Positions 16,101 to 28,920 of a DNA stretch of 64,000 nt are shown piece by piece. The DNA comes from Cyanophora paradoxa CCMP329 (taxonomy: Eukaryota; Plantae; Glaucophyta). The stretch spans positions 1 to 64,000 of the forward strand of contig QPMI01000220.1 of the NCBI GenBank assembly GCA_004431415.1, in the 5' to 3' direction. The translations under genes and the position numbers were made by a program. The notes under the pieces are model-generated. The model saw nothing but the letters and a program-made list of their open reading frames with translations, was not told the DNA's origin and made no database searches. Within the stretch, counting starts at the first letter, position 1. The number at the start of each line of letters is the position of its first letter.

Positions 16101-19100
16101 TTCAGGGTGTCCAGGCGAAGAGCGCACGCCAACAGAAGCGTCTCGTACTGCTGGGCAGAGGCGGGCTTGCACTCGCCGAGAGCGCTGAGCGCCGTCCCCC
16201 GCCGAGCCGCGAGAAGCGACGCGGCAACGGCGGCAACGCCGTCGGGGCTGGTCGACGTCATGATCATCGCCCCGCCATCTTCTGACACGGGGCCGAAGAT
16301 TGCATCTCCTATCCTGCTCAGGTAGCAGTTGTTCGGCTCGGCATCCGAATCAACATAATCGCCGAACTCCGACCACACACGATCGAGGGCGCTGCCTTGC
16401 ATGCGCAAATAGAACCTGAGAGCAGAGCGAAATGATTATGATCATGAGCACGTGTTCGGAAGACATTAGAAAACCAGAAGCTAGCTGAGCTGACCTAGCA
16501 GCCAGTGAGCTGATACCGGCATCCTGCAGAGGAGCACACCACCAGCGCGACGGCAGGGGGGCGCCAGACCGCCAGTCTGCTTCTGTGCGTGGCAAGAACC
16601 CCATCCTCCCCAGACACAGGAGCGCCGCCTCGAGTGCGATTTCGGGCTGCTTGACGCTCGCGACGAAGGCCTCTGCGAGCGGAAGCTGCGCCGCCCGCAG
16701 CGCCTCCGCCGACTCGTGCTCCACAGACGACAGCGGCGATGACAAGGCCGAGCGGAGGGCAAGTCCAGAGCGGACGACAGACTGGATGACGTCCGCCTGC
16801 TTCACGTGCGAGCATTTGAATCTGTGCGCCATTCGGCAGACGAAGTCCAAAGGAAGGAGGGCGAGACTGAGCCACAGAGCGCTGAGGTGGTCCCCAGCTG
16901 CCGAGAGCTTATGCCGCAGGGACTCGATGGTCTTTCCAATCTCGATGATTGAGATCTGGAGCACAAATCGCCGCTGCTGTTGGTTATCATGCATGTAAGG
17001 GTTATGAAGCAGCCACATGCATCGTTCCCGGGTACAAGAGAGAGCGTGGTGGTGCACGTGATCATGATCAACTTGAAGCGAGGCCACTGCTTGCCCTGGG
17101 TCGCGATCGGCAGCTTGGCATTTGCAGGCCCATCCGCATTTCTCTTTGAAAAGAGCGGCGGAAGCATCGAAGAGACGAGGGAGGTGCGCGTCGACGAGTT
17201 CGATGACGCCGGCGACGGCGTCCTCGGGACGGCCAGTCTGCGGCGGCCGCGGTGTTCGAGATGAAGAGGGGGAGCATTCGACGCGCACGCACCAGCTCCT
17301 GCAGTGCGGCCGCGAGAGTGCTGGCGACGCCGCCGGCCCGAGATAAATTCAGGCACTCGCGAGAGCGGCCTAGCCGTGCATCAATTGCTATTTCGCTACA
17401 TGCTTGCAAATCTAGGAAAATTCCCACCGCGCTCAAGCAGGTAGCGGCAGCGCATCCGAAGGTCGAGGAGCCGCTCCACAGAAAGAAGCTCAAGACTGGA
17501 AGGAGTCGAGTGCCCGGCGAGCGCGGCTTCCAGAAGCGGGTGGTTCCAGGGCGTGCGGGCCTGGCATTCAATCATGATCAGTGAAAGTTAGATTTAGATG
17601 GGCATGCAGACGCTGAGAAGGCAGCGGGGAAGAAACGAACCAGGCGTGCCGCTCGAATCAGGGCACGTCTTGTCTGGCGCAGGACGATGTCTTTTATCTT
17701 ATCAGTCATAGGCGTATTCCAGATATGATGCGCGTCCGCCAAGGGCGGGTCTGGATCTTTCCCGAGATCTTTACTTTCCTGGAGCTCGAAGCTGTCTGCG
17801 ATGTTGAGAGCCGCTGCGGTCAGAGCGTTCCGCTGCTGCACGCCCAGACGCTCATCGATGGCGATCAACTGCACGAGGCGAGAGACGCGTACAATCGCGA
17901 CCGTGTGTCAGCGTGCGACAGCGTGTGCATGTATGTCAGCGTGGGGACATCGTACTCACACAGAGGTCGGACAGGCTCTCTTCCACATGTTCACCGCAGA
18001 CATGCGCCAGCTGCCGACGCCGCATGTCGCTCTCACGCTCCTCTTGGGACGTGCCGTCGACGTCGTACCTCCAGAGGAGCGTGGGGTCGCCCTTGAATAC
18101 CGCCAGCGACGCCGCGAGCTGAAGCAGGACGCCCGCGGCCGGCATGAGGTGGCCCGCCGCACGAAGCTGCTGGGCGAACTCGCTCATCCGAGAAGGTAGT
18201 CTGCCGAGAACTCAGTTGTTCGAGCGAACAGACTCGGATTCCATTGGCGGAACGCACGCTTTGAAGCAGGACGGATCACCGCCGTCAGCGATCTTGTTGC
18301 CAGGGAAGAGCTGATGCCCGCAGGTGTGAGAGTAGTAGAGAGGCTGCGCGGACTCCGGGGCCCCCTTTGCGGGCTCCAGGGACCTCAGGATGCGTCCGCG
18401 TTCGTCGAAGTACGTCGCGGCGTGCGGCGTCCTCGTCTCCAGGATGGGATAATATTCGCACGGGAACCGCTTGTCTTCGCTGCAGTCCGGGACACCGCAG
18501 AACCACATCGGCTTTCGCGAGCGCTGGAACGCATCAAGGCCGGCCGCTATGGCCCGCCCGGCCAGCCCCTCGCCGAGCTGGCTCGGGCCCCCGGCCGTCG
18601 GCGGCAACGCCCATGTGGGCAGCTGCGCATGCGTACAATTTAAACGATCAGATGCAGAAGAGACATAGAAGATTAGACGCAAGGCGAGAAAGAGGTAAGC
18701 GAGGAAGACTTGCCGAAGTACAGCTAAAATATTTAAGGGGGGTACAGCTGAGAATATAATATTTTAAGGGGGATACAGCTGAGAATATTGCTGCATTGCT
18801 GCGGGGGGGGGGGGGGGGAGGGAGGGAGGGGACTTAAGCTTGGGGAAGGGGAGAGGTGGAGGCGGGATAGAAGGGCATGGGAGGCGGGATAGAACAGGGC
18901 CCGCAGGCGGCGGGATCGGGATGGGGGGCGGGCGGAGGGGGGGGGGGGGGGGGGGTGGCGAACAGCAATAGGTTTGAATCAGCAATCGGTGTTCTAGAAG
19001 GGAGGCTAGACCGGCCGCGGTGATGCAGCTCGGAGCTAAAGGGGTACTGCTATGGGTAGATGATTCTGAGGGGTACACGTTCCTAGATGCATCAATTCGA

Positions 19101-19921
19101 GATCTAGAGCGGCTGGACGGGCAAACTTGAAACCCTTTTCGTCGATCAAGCGAGAGGGAGTGCGGTACCTGGTCATCGTGGGCGGGGAGGTCGGGCGCGG
19201 CGGCGAGGCGGAGGAGGCAGGCAGCCGCGTGCGGACAGAGGCCGAGAGTCTCGCGACATGCCTCGCCGGTGCAGGTGACGGCGGTGCACACGTAGCAGCC
19301 GCCCGATTCACTCTCCTGCTGCGGCAGCGGCTGTGGGCAGATGGAAATCGCGATCGGACGCATGCCGCGCGCCGCGCGCCGCGCCGCGGCCGCGCGCGGG
19401 CTCAACGCGTACGGGCGGGGGAGCGCACGCACCCGCAGCGATGCGTGAACGAGCACGACTTTGTCATCGTCGGCATCCTCGGCCGCATTAGCGCCGCCTC
19501 CGAAGCGCACCGCAAGCCGCAGCGCCCGCTCGCACGCGTACGCGTGGCCGTGCACGTGGCCGGCTGCGGCCATGACCGTCTCGCGCTGAATCGATACTGC
19601 GAGCTGTCGACGTCTACCGCTCAAGGTATCGTCTGCAGCTGCGAGCTGCTCCTGGCTGCGGCTGAACACTGCGGGCTCCGTGAACGCTCGCACACCCTCG
19701 GCGCTGACGGGGACAACCGCCGACGCCGCGAAGACAGCACGCCAGTCATCTGTGGGAAAGCGAAGTCAGCGACCGGCCCCGGGCCCGATGCTCGTCGCTC
19801 CGCGCGCTCGTCGCTCTCAGAATCTGCAAGTCACGCTCGTCGCGCACGCACCTGGAGGCTGCTCCGTTATTCGCGCCCGCTTCGCTTCTCGCTCGCCCGC
19901 CTCGGCGCCGGCCGGTAGCAT
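13126..19921 (-). CDS. Large (>1300 aa est.) multi-exon protein with an N-terminal SWIM-like zinc finger; function unknown
   Basis: The minus-strand ORFs between 13.1 and 19.9 kb appear to join through GT-AG/GC-AG introns (junctions traced at both ends, only partly in the middle). Motif VTCTGEACRETLGLCPHAAACLLRL near 19210-19285 resembles SWIM CxC-x(n)-CxH followed by a hydrophobic helix; the rest is helical and Cys-containing. Confidence 0.6.
18717..18790. repeat. Short tandem repeat (~27-31 bp, ~2.5 copies) inside a long intron
   Basis: Units TACAGCT(A/G)A(A/G)AATAT...TTTAAGGGGGG repeated. Confidence 0.7.
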
Positions 19922-20570
19922 CGCGTGAAGAGCACGTTGTACCCCAGCCCGGCCCCGGCCCCGCACAAGGGGAAGTTGAAGGGGTCAGAAGGGCCCTCGC
20001 CAGCCGTGCGCCTGCGCGGCTGCGCCCCCTCATGATCAGGCCAGGCCCGTCGAACTCAGGTCCGGATCCGTGCGCATGCGCTGCGGCCGGCGCCGGCGCC
20101 GCGCGCGCGCGCGCGCGCGGCGCCCCCGGCCGGGCGCCGCGGGGCCGCGCGCATGCATATGCATGCATATGCACGGCCGCCCTCGCGCGCCGGCGCCGCC
20201 GCATATGCCAAATGTTTGCAAGCTTGCCGCTGCCTTAAACAAAGTAAACATGGTATGCATTCAACCAACAGCAACCTGACTACGCATTTCGAATTCAAAG
20301 CTCAGGGTTGCGAACTGCATCTGTCAGGCACAAACATCGGCAACTGTGAATAAGGCTAAAGCTCAAGATCTAGGGAGGTGTCCGGCGCCAGCCGGCTACC
20401 GTAGTACTTAGGGGTCTTATGAAATCGGCACGGCGCTGTCATGAAACGGTCTTGAAAAGATCAAAAGCGTGGCTACGCTCTTCAAAGAAGAAGAAGAAGA
20501 AGGAACTCTCTCAGCTGCGCCTATCTATGGCTATCAATCTACCGCTCTCTGGATGCGGCCCGCCCCCCGC

Positions 20571-23200
20571 CTACTGGACGCGGACGCCGGCATCCTTGAG
20601 CCAGGCGGAGAGGAGGAGGTCGCGGCCGGCCTTGCCGTGCAGCTCGTAGTCGTTGAAGAGGCGCGAGAAGTCCCCGAAGGAGACCTTGCCGTCCCGGTCC
20701 CGGTCCGCGTGGTGCACCGCCTTCTCCGCCGCCGCCTCAACCAGCGCCGCGTACTCCTCCGCCCCCGCCGCCTGCCCGGCCGCCGGCGCCAGGCCGCGCA
20801 CGGCCGCCGCGAGGTCGGCCGCCGAGACGCCGCCGTCGCGGTCGGCGTCGAGGGCGGCGAAGGCCTCCGCCTCGGCGGCGCGGCGGGCGAGGCCGAAGAG
20901 GGGCCCCCGGGCCTTGGCGAAGTGCGCCTGGTCGATCTCGCGCGCCGCGAGGGCGTCCGCCACGCGCAGCACGTCGTCCACCTGCGTGCGCGAGGGCCGC
21001 TCGGTCGAGGGCGGGCCGAGGGCGGAGGGCGGCAGAGGGCAGCGGAGGGAGGGGCACCTGGGCCTGGATCTCGGCGTCGCTGGCGCCGTCGCGCGCGTAG
21101 GCGCGCTTCACGAACTCGAAGAGGTCCTGCTCCACTGCGCCGGCCGCCGGCGTCAGTCGGGCCGGCCGCCTCCTCTCGGGCTGCGGGGCGGGGCGGGAGG
21201 GCCCGCAAGGCGGGCGCGGGCGCACCGATCTTGCCGTCGGCGTCGCGGTCGAGGGCGGAGAAGAGGGTGGCGGACTCGCCCTCCTGCGAGGCGGCGCGCT
21301 TCATCTCGTTCGTGTAGTGCTTGAACGCCTCGATGATGTTGAAGGTGAGCACGATCTGCGGTCCGCGGAAGAGGCTGCGCACGCCCCCGCGTCAGCGCCG
21401 GCCGGGCCGGGTGGGGCGGGCCTCGCGGGGCGGACTAGTTGGAGGAGAAGCCCTTGAGGAAGGCGGTGGGGCCCTCAGTGGCCGTGATCTTCACGATCGC
21501 GTCGGCGATGTTCTTGTACGTCTGGGGCTTCCCGTTCACGTACTGCCGGGCGCGCGCGCGCGTCAGTTGGGGGCGAGACCGGGCGGGGCGGGGGACGGGG
21601 CGGCGGGAGCGTGCGGGGCGGGGCGGGGCGGGGCGGGGCGGACCTTCTGGTTGTACATGCGGGTGCGGATGACGTCGACGGGGTTCATGGCGAGGGAGGA
21701 GACGAAGCCGGCGATGAGGGAGGTGGAGATGTTGAGGCCGTGGCTCTGCGGCACGTGCTTCACGTGCAGCAGGTACTCCCGCAGCGTCGAGTAGGTCGAC
21801 ATCATGACGGCGTTGCCGAGCGTCGCGCGGAGCATGCCGGCCGTCGCGCCCTTCCACATCCCCGTGATCCCGTTCTCCTTGATGATGCTCATCGCTGCGT
21901 CGATCGGGCCCTGCGCGCGCGCGCTCGCTCGCTCGGCCCCGGGCGGGGCGCCGGCGCACGGGCGGGCCCGCCGCGGATTCGCGTGCGCACAGCGTAGTCG
22001 AACTGGTTGCCGCAGGCAATGGCGGACGACGCGCGGCTCTGGATGCGCGTCTTGACGAGCTCGATCGGGTTCGCCGCGAACGAGCCCAGCAGGCTGCGCG
22101 CGGCGTCGGCGGGAGGGAGGGCGATGCGGTGCTGCAGGGTTGAGGCGCGCGCGTGCGCACCCGGCGATGCCGCCCGCGATGAGCTTCTTCCAGATCGGCG
22201 CGGGGCCGAAGTCGTGGTCGTGGATGCGGTGCAGGATCGGCTCGAACGTGCCGAGGCGCAGGCTGTTGATCACGAGCTCGCGCACGAGCATGCTGCGCGT
22301 CATCGAGGGCGAGGGCGGTGAGCGCTGGCGCGATTTGATCCGCGCGGCGAGGGGCGCGTATCACCTCTTGAGGCCCTTCTGGAGGCCGGCGATGCCGTCA
22401 TACTTCGCAGTCTTGATGAGGCAGTCGAACACGTTGTCGAAGACCTTGCCCTGCGCCACAGCAGTCAGCATCGGACTCGAGCTGACCCGATCGAATTCGA
22501 ACCGAAGCGAGCGCACCTCGCCCTTGCGCATGAGCTCACCCTGGAGCTGCATGCGGGTCTTCACGACGTCGAAAGGCTGAAGGAAAGACGAGCCGGCATT
22601 CAGATCAGCGCTCGCACTCGGGCGATGATGAAGCGCGTACATTCGTGAACAGCACGGCGATCATCGGAGCGACGCCGCCAAAGATGAAGCCCTCAATCTC
22701 GGTGGGCTTGATCTTCTTCGGCGGAGCGGTGGTGAGCGCCAGCGCCGACGGCTTGAGAGACTTCGGGGGCTGGGCCTCCTGCTGCTGATCCGCCGCCTTC
22801 GGGACCTCACCAGCCGGTTGCGGGCCAGCCGGCTTCGCGCCCGCGGGCTGGAAACCTGAACTAGAGCCTGAGCTAGGTCACGCGTGCAAGATCTGGGGCG
22901 CGAGCGCGCACCAATGTCGGTCTTGGTCTCCGCGAGCGCGCGGCGAGAGCCAAAGCCGGTTCCAATCTTCTTCAGACGGGCGACGCCGTCCTGGAAGAGG
23001 GCCACATGCGCGGGACGCGAGGAAGCGGACTTTCCGACGCGACGGCTGCGGCCAGAGACCGCGCGCGCCTCCCGGCGAGAGAACGGAGATGGAGGAAGGA
23101 GCTCAAGAGGGCTGCTGGCGGCCGCGAAATGGCGGCCGGCGCGCTGCGAGCTCGGCGCGCGACTGTTGGGGTTGGTCGAGCTGGTGAGCTGTCGCTGCAT
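20571..23200 (-). CDS. Mitochondrial carrier family protein (OAC1/SLC25A34-35-like) fused to a C-terminal four-EF-hand domain
   Basis: Three carrier repeats PFDVVKTRMQLQGE, PIELVKTRIQ, PVDVIRTRMYNQ; first helix GGVAPMIAVLFTN resembles OAC1. The same exon continues into DRDADGKI, followed by DADRDGGVSAADL and DRDRDGKVSFGDF. Start codon uncertain. Confidence 0.88.
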
Positions 23201-24198
23201 CTGTGGTTGCTTCCAATGACGCTGGAGACGCGGGAGATGCTAGGGAGGCCGGGGAGCGGCCGGGCTGGACCTTCTTGCGATCTGCTTGATCAGCTATACC
23301 CCCATAAGTCGCGCAGTGTACCTCCTCGGCAGCTGCATGCAATGAGCGCAGAATCGGACTCGCAACTCTTCATGCACTGTGCGCCGGAAGTTGTCCGGAA
23401 TTGTGCGCCGGAGGGCAGAGGCGGGCGCGCGAGCTGCATTCGCAGCGAGCATCGCGCGCGCGGGCCGGGCGAAGCGTAACAGCAAAGGAGCAACTGTGCG
23501 GCTGCGCACGCGCATGTGCAGGCCTAGAAGGTGGACGGACGCGGCGGCCTCGGCGCAGCGCTAGCTCTAGATCTAGATCTACCGGTACCGCTTCGATTCG
23601 TCTCGCGCGCGCGCCGCCGCCCGGCCCTAGGCCTCGCCGGCGCCTACCAGCTGTAGGCTACGGTGCTACGGTGGCCGGCGCTCAGTCGCTCATGATCAGT
23701 CGCTACGGTGCGTTTCGGATTTTCTGCGTTTCGGATTTTCGGATCCTAAAATTCGGTCAGTGTTCCCCGGGCTTCCGCCCGCGCAGTACCTGGAGCCGGG
23801 CATGGGCGCTGGGCCGAACCCGGCGCCTCGGCCGCCCTCCGCGCCCTCGCCGCCGGCTGCCCCCGGTCCGCTCGGATCAGATCTGAACGTTAACCGCTCT
23901 AGATCTGATCTTCCTTCGAGGCCCCTCGCCCGCTCCGGACGTCGACGCTCCGCGCAGGCTGCGGGTGCTGCGTCGAACTAGCGGGCATTCGAATTTATAA
24001 TTAAGCCGGCGCGCCCGTGCCTTGTTCATTTCCGCCCGCGTTATTTTATTTCGCGCCGCGCGAAAAATCTATAGCTATATATATCTATTGCAAAAACTAA
24101 GCACGCTGTCGGCGAATTACCTGTTGCCCGTTGAACGCGGGCAGATCGAGGCCAGATCAAGGAGGCCCAACGAGATCCCAGCTGAAAAACGCGTTCGG

Positions 24199-24230
<32 letters not shown>

Positions 24231-25746
24231 CGGGGGCGGGGGTCCCTGGGGAAGCTGCAGCTGACGAGGGTGCGGGGCTGCTGCGCGCCGCCGCGAGGGC
24301 CGCCCGCCGCTCCGCCCCCCACCCCGCCCTCCAGGTCGCCGCGCTCCGCCTCACCAGGCCGGGCCCGCCCCCTCCGCTTCTCCGCGTCGCCCAGGCCCTG
24401 CCCCGCGCGCGTCGGGCCCAAGGCAGCCCCGCCTGCGCCCCCGCCCCGCCCCCGGCCCCGCCCCTCTTTATGTGCTCGATCGCTCGGCAGCTGCGGGCGG
24501 GCGGGCGGGGGTTTGATTCCTGTTTTGGGTTATTAATATTTGAGTTCTGTGATCGCGATACTGTGCATGATATCGATCATGGTCTACTAGTGCGGTGTGG
24601 TTATCATACACGCTGTCTAATTCATGCCTTCCGTGTTCGAATCGCCCTGCGATGAGAATCACGCCTTCGAATCCCGCCCGCTCCACATAATTCCGATCGA
24701 TCATGTCCCACCTTGCCTGTATACGCCCCCGCAGTGCTGGAGTAGACTAGAGGCTGTGGCCGGTAATTCACCAAAAAAAAAAAACTAGTACTACGGAAGT
24801 GTCTGGATTAAAAATATTCGAATTCGAATACTAGCTATTGTTTGATAGCGCGAGCGGCCGCGGGCGCGGCTTTGACCATTGAATAACAATTGCAAACTGG
24901 CAATTAACAATCACAGGGAATCACAACAGCGCTAGCAAATAATATTTGCAGATCGAGAAATCACACTAGTACTCAGTGACTGCTGACTGTTGACAAGTTG
25001 CGCAAAGTGACCACAGCAGAACAAGATGTACGTATACATGTGCTAGCTATAGTTTCTGCGAGGCATCGAAATGTCTACTAGGCTACTACGCTGTGGCGCG
25101 AAAAGTTCACATGTACAAAAGCTATCGGAGCGCTAGCTATAGCTATAGCGAAATGCTTGAGGTGCGCATGCCACTCCCCGGCCTGCCACGGTATACGTAG
25201 TTCCTACGGCCTTAAAGCATACACTGGAAAGCGAAGGTCGGTGTCATGCATATATCTGGGCATACCAATTTCAAGAGGTGTATACGAGCGCACACTGCTG
25301 GGGAAAAAAAGCATGGATGTACACGCTGAGAATGAGTTCTTCATGATCAGTGCAAAAAGAAGAAGACGAGGGTCTACTGAGTCATGTAGCCATCGAAATC
25401 ACGAAGTTTTGTTCCTACAGCTGAATTCGAAGCTTAAGCTAACCACATATAGGTACGGTCCACCACATACCTCTAACCCGACGAATAAGAAGCTGAAGCT
25501 AACACAGATCGCAGAGCCCATGTCTGCACAGAAAATTTCAAAGAAAGAGAGAGAGAGAGAGAGAGCCCCAAAGACGGCGCCCACCAAAGAAAGGGGGCCC
25601 GGAAACAAACAAATAAGCTAATGGCCTGATAACCGGACTAAGTCTAATCGATATAACTGGAGCGCGTACTATACACCCGAGGCGGCGCCCCCGATCGCGA
25701 TTCGCGGGGGCTGCCGCGCGCGCTGGCGCTGCCGGGGGCGAGGCAA

Positions 25747-27830
25747 CTACTTGCGGGGGGCGATGCGGGGGGTGGAGAGGAGGGCCGGGGGCGCGGCCTC
25801 GAGGAGGCGGCCGGCGGCGTCGAGGACGACGACGACGTCGGAGGAGAAGGTGGTCGAGAGGAAGAGGCGCCGCGTCGCCCGCACGATCGTCGTCTCCCGC
25901 GCCGCCTCGTGCAGCATGCCTGGTCCCTCGAGAGGTTCAAGTTCGAGATTCGTACTACAGAGAAAGAGTTAAGAGTACCGTTGATCCGCTGGTTCGTCTC
26001 CCCGTCCACCGCAGAGAGCGCCTGCCGCGGGGGGGCGCTCATGATCAGAGGGCGAATTCGAAGGCGGGCCGCTGGCCACGGGAGGCGGCGCCTCTCACTC
26101 ACCTCGTCAAGGACGACGAGGGCGGGGCGGGCGGCGAGGGAGCGGGCGAGGGCGATGCGCTGCCTCTGGTGCAGCGGGAGCGTGTTGTCGATCGCCTGCC
26201 GCCCGCCCCGCCCCCCGTCAGCTCCGATTAGCGAGCGCGGGGCAGAGGCGCGAGCGGCCGCACCGTGTCGTACCCCCGCTCCATCGCCTCGATTTCCTCG
26301 TCGATCTGAGGGGGGGCGGGGCGCCAGCGTGAGCCGGCCGGCCCCGCCAGCGCGGAAACGTTGTAGTTCGAACAATTCGCGTACCCGGGCGATGCGGGCG
26401 GCGCGGCGGACGTCCTCAAGAGAAACGTTCTGCCCGAAGTCGATGTTCTCCCGCACCTGACCGATCAGATCAGATCAGATCAGATCGAATCCGAGCGGAC
26501 GGGCGCGGGCGCACGGTGCCGTTGAAGACGGGGGCGGCCTCCGTCGCGAAGCGGACGTGCTCCGACCACTCAGCCTCCGGGATCCGATCGATCTGCCGGC
26601 GGCGCGCGGCGCGGCCGTCAGCGCCGAGGGGCGGGCGGACGGTGGCCGGATCCGGGGGGGGCGCCGGCGGGCGGGGCGGGCGCACGGGGCGCCCGTCGAA
26701 GGTGACTCGGCCGCGGGTGGGGCGGATGATGCCCGTCAGGATGCCGAGCAGCGTGCTCTTGCCGGCCCCCGGCGGCCCCGAGACCGTCATGATGGAGCCG
26801 GGCGGGAGCACGACGTCCACCTCGCCCAGCGCGAAGCCGCCCCCCGGGAACTCGAAGGCCGCCTGCGCGTGCACGTGGGCGGCCGCAACGAAATGAATCG
26901 CCGGACGTTGTGCTTGATATTTAAGCGGAGGGCAGGGGCCGGGATCGGGAGGGGACGGCCGCACCCGCTCGATGCGGATCTCGCGGGCGCGGGCGGTGGG
27001 GAGGAGCGGGCCGCTGCGGGGGTGCAGCAGGCCGCCGCTGCGGGGCGGCTCGAGCGAGGCCCGCCGCGAGGACGGCGCGAGCGAGCCGCTGGCCGGCGCC
27101 ACGGAGCTCGGCCGCCGCGATCGCGAGCCGCCCCGAGCGCACTCCGCCTCCGCCTCCTCCTCCGCCGGCGCAGCGACCGTCAAGGTAAACGCCGGCGCCG
27201 CGTTCAGGGGCACGCTGTTCAGGGGGGCCGGGGGCGATTTCGGGGCCCTGCTCGCCCGCGTGTCAGCCCCTTCGAATTCGCGCCCCCGAAAAATTGATGG
27301 CGCCGGGCGGCGCGTACGCGTCGCTCTCGTCGTCCTCGCTCATGGAGTAGTAGTCCTCCGAGGACCCGTCGGCGTCCATCGAGGCGCACAGCGACAGGGC
27401 GCGCGACTGCCTCCGCTCGGACTCTCTCCTCGAGTCGGCATTCGCTTGCTCGTCCTGCGGCGGGCGTGTCGGCGGACGTGCGCGTATATACGCTGGCGCG
27501 GCCGGCCGCCTTCACTTTGGGGGAGCGGGACGTCGACGACTCGGCGGCCGCGCGGATCGGATCGGAGCGCACCGTAAGCAGCGAGGGGGACCGCTTTTCG
27601 CCGGAGCCCTTGATCGAATCCCGCAAGAGGAAGAGGAGGCCGCTCGAGAAAACGTGGCCGACCGCCGAGAGCGGGCTCCAGTTCCGGCCGAGGTCCGACT
27701 CCAGGGAGGAGAGGCCGGACGAGCCCGCGCTCCTCGCGCCCGAGTCGCCTCCCGTGGCCAGCGGCGCGGCGCACGCCGGCGCAGGCGCGCCGGCGATGTG
27801 CTGCACATGTACAGCTCCCCGCGCGTTCAT
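25747..27830 (-). CDS. Stand-alone ABC-type nucleotide-binding domain (ABCB/C-like) with degenerate motifs and a disordered N-terminus
   Basis: Walker A GPPGAGKST, VFNGTVRENI, GYDT, LPLHQRQRIALAR (signature altered), Walker B LVVLDEALSAVD; no hydrophobic transmembrane exons seen. Confidence 0.8.
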
Positions 27831-28135
27831 GCTGCGCACGCGGGCGAGGGAATTTGAGGGCGGCGGGGCGCGGCGGAGCGCGAAGCACGCACGCTAAGGC
27901 TGGTTCCGGTGGAGCTCAACGCAGACTGCCTTCCCGGAGTCCGCAGGCCGTCTAGGTCCAGCAAGTTCCGAAGTTCAACGGTTGCACTGCGGCAGCAACT
28001 CCCGGAGCTCGCCGATCGCCGAGTCGAGGACTCCGGGTCCAGGACTCCGGGAGTCCGGGATGATGGGCGGGATCGTACGTGTAGCCTAGAAACCCCCTAG
28101 GCCCAGACTGCCGTAGTACTACCGGTAGTACGGTA

Positions 28136-28361
28136 CTGTAGGATTGCTTTTTTAGCCGATGTTTTAAATTGCCGTATATTGCCGAGAGGCCGAATTCGGC
28201 AATTTAAAGCCACGGCAATTCCCAGGGGGTAGGGCTCAACGGCCGCTTTTTGTATGGCGCCATAGAAGAAATCCAGAGTTTCGGCAATTTAGCGCCACGG
28301 CAATTCCGGTTTTGGTCGAATTCGGCAATTTAACTACGCGGCAATTTAAGCATTCCTACAG
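28136..28361. mobile_element. Tc1/mariner-type MITE with TA target duplication (226 bp)
   Basis: TIR CTGTAGGAtTGCTT / AAGCAtTCCTACAG (1 mismatch), flanked by TA on both sides; internal CGGCAATT repeats. Confidence 0.8.
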
Positions 28362-28415
28362 TAGTACTAGTAATTAACTGAAAAACTTTTGAAAGCTTCA
28401 AAAGCACGTGCGCCG

Positions 28416-28920
28416 CAGTGATGTTATCATGATACGGCCGCCCAAAAAGTCATGATATCATTATCATCATCATATCATATCATATCATATCATTATCACC
28501 ATACAAAGTTCCCGGCGCTGTGAAACAGTGAAAGTTGCTGCAAAGATGGTCGTTTTGACACGAAAATCGACAGAAGAAGCATAGAGCTGCACTATAATCC
28601 TACTCAGACACATCCTCTACATCTGGCGCTAGCGCTGTGATGGCGATGGGCCAGAGGGGGGTACCGGTGGAGGCACTGTGATGGCAAGAACATCGCTATT
28701 TCGGTGCGCTTTCTGCTCAAGATCATGTTACTCACTCTCTCGATTACTTATTTAACTCTGCTAAGGTGTTTGGAGCGCGAGAAACTCGCGGTTTGGGGGG
28801 TCTGTGGGGGGGATCTATCATCATCATGATAGCCATGATGACAGGGGGGTCCGTATCATGATGATATCATGCATCATATCATTATCATGATAGAACATCA
28901 TTATCATGATAACAGCACTG
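28416..28920. mobile_element. hAT-type MITE (505 bp)
   Basis: 19-bp TIR CAGTGaTGTTATCATGATA / TATCATGATAACAgCACTG; exact 8-bp TSD GTGCGCCG at 28408-28415 and 28921-28928; ATCAT-rich subterminal arrays. Confidence 0.9.

Noticed and set aside
12540-20420. Possible large DNA transposon or virus-like insertion carrying the SWIM gene
   Set aside because: No TIRs, TSD, transposase, integrase, polymerase or capsid motifs found; the gene has host-type introns.
24580-24690. tRNA-like words (TGTGGTTATCA..., GTTCGAATC, TTCGAATCC)
   Set aside because: I could not fold a cloverleaf with correct spacing; at most a decayed tRNA or SINE remnant. tRNAscan-SE would decide.
25157-25621. 154-aa plus-strand ORF
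   Set aside because: AT-rich with a (GA)n microsatellite and no host codon bias; probably the 3' flank of the minus-strand ABC gene.
28140-28360. Repeated CGGCAATT units resembling a CRISPR array
   Set aside because: Repeats are too short and irregularly spaced, lie inside a TIR element, and there are no cas genes; the context is eukaryotic.
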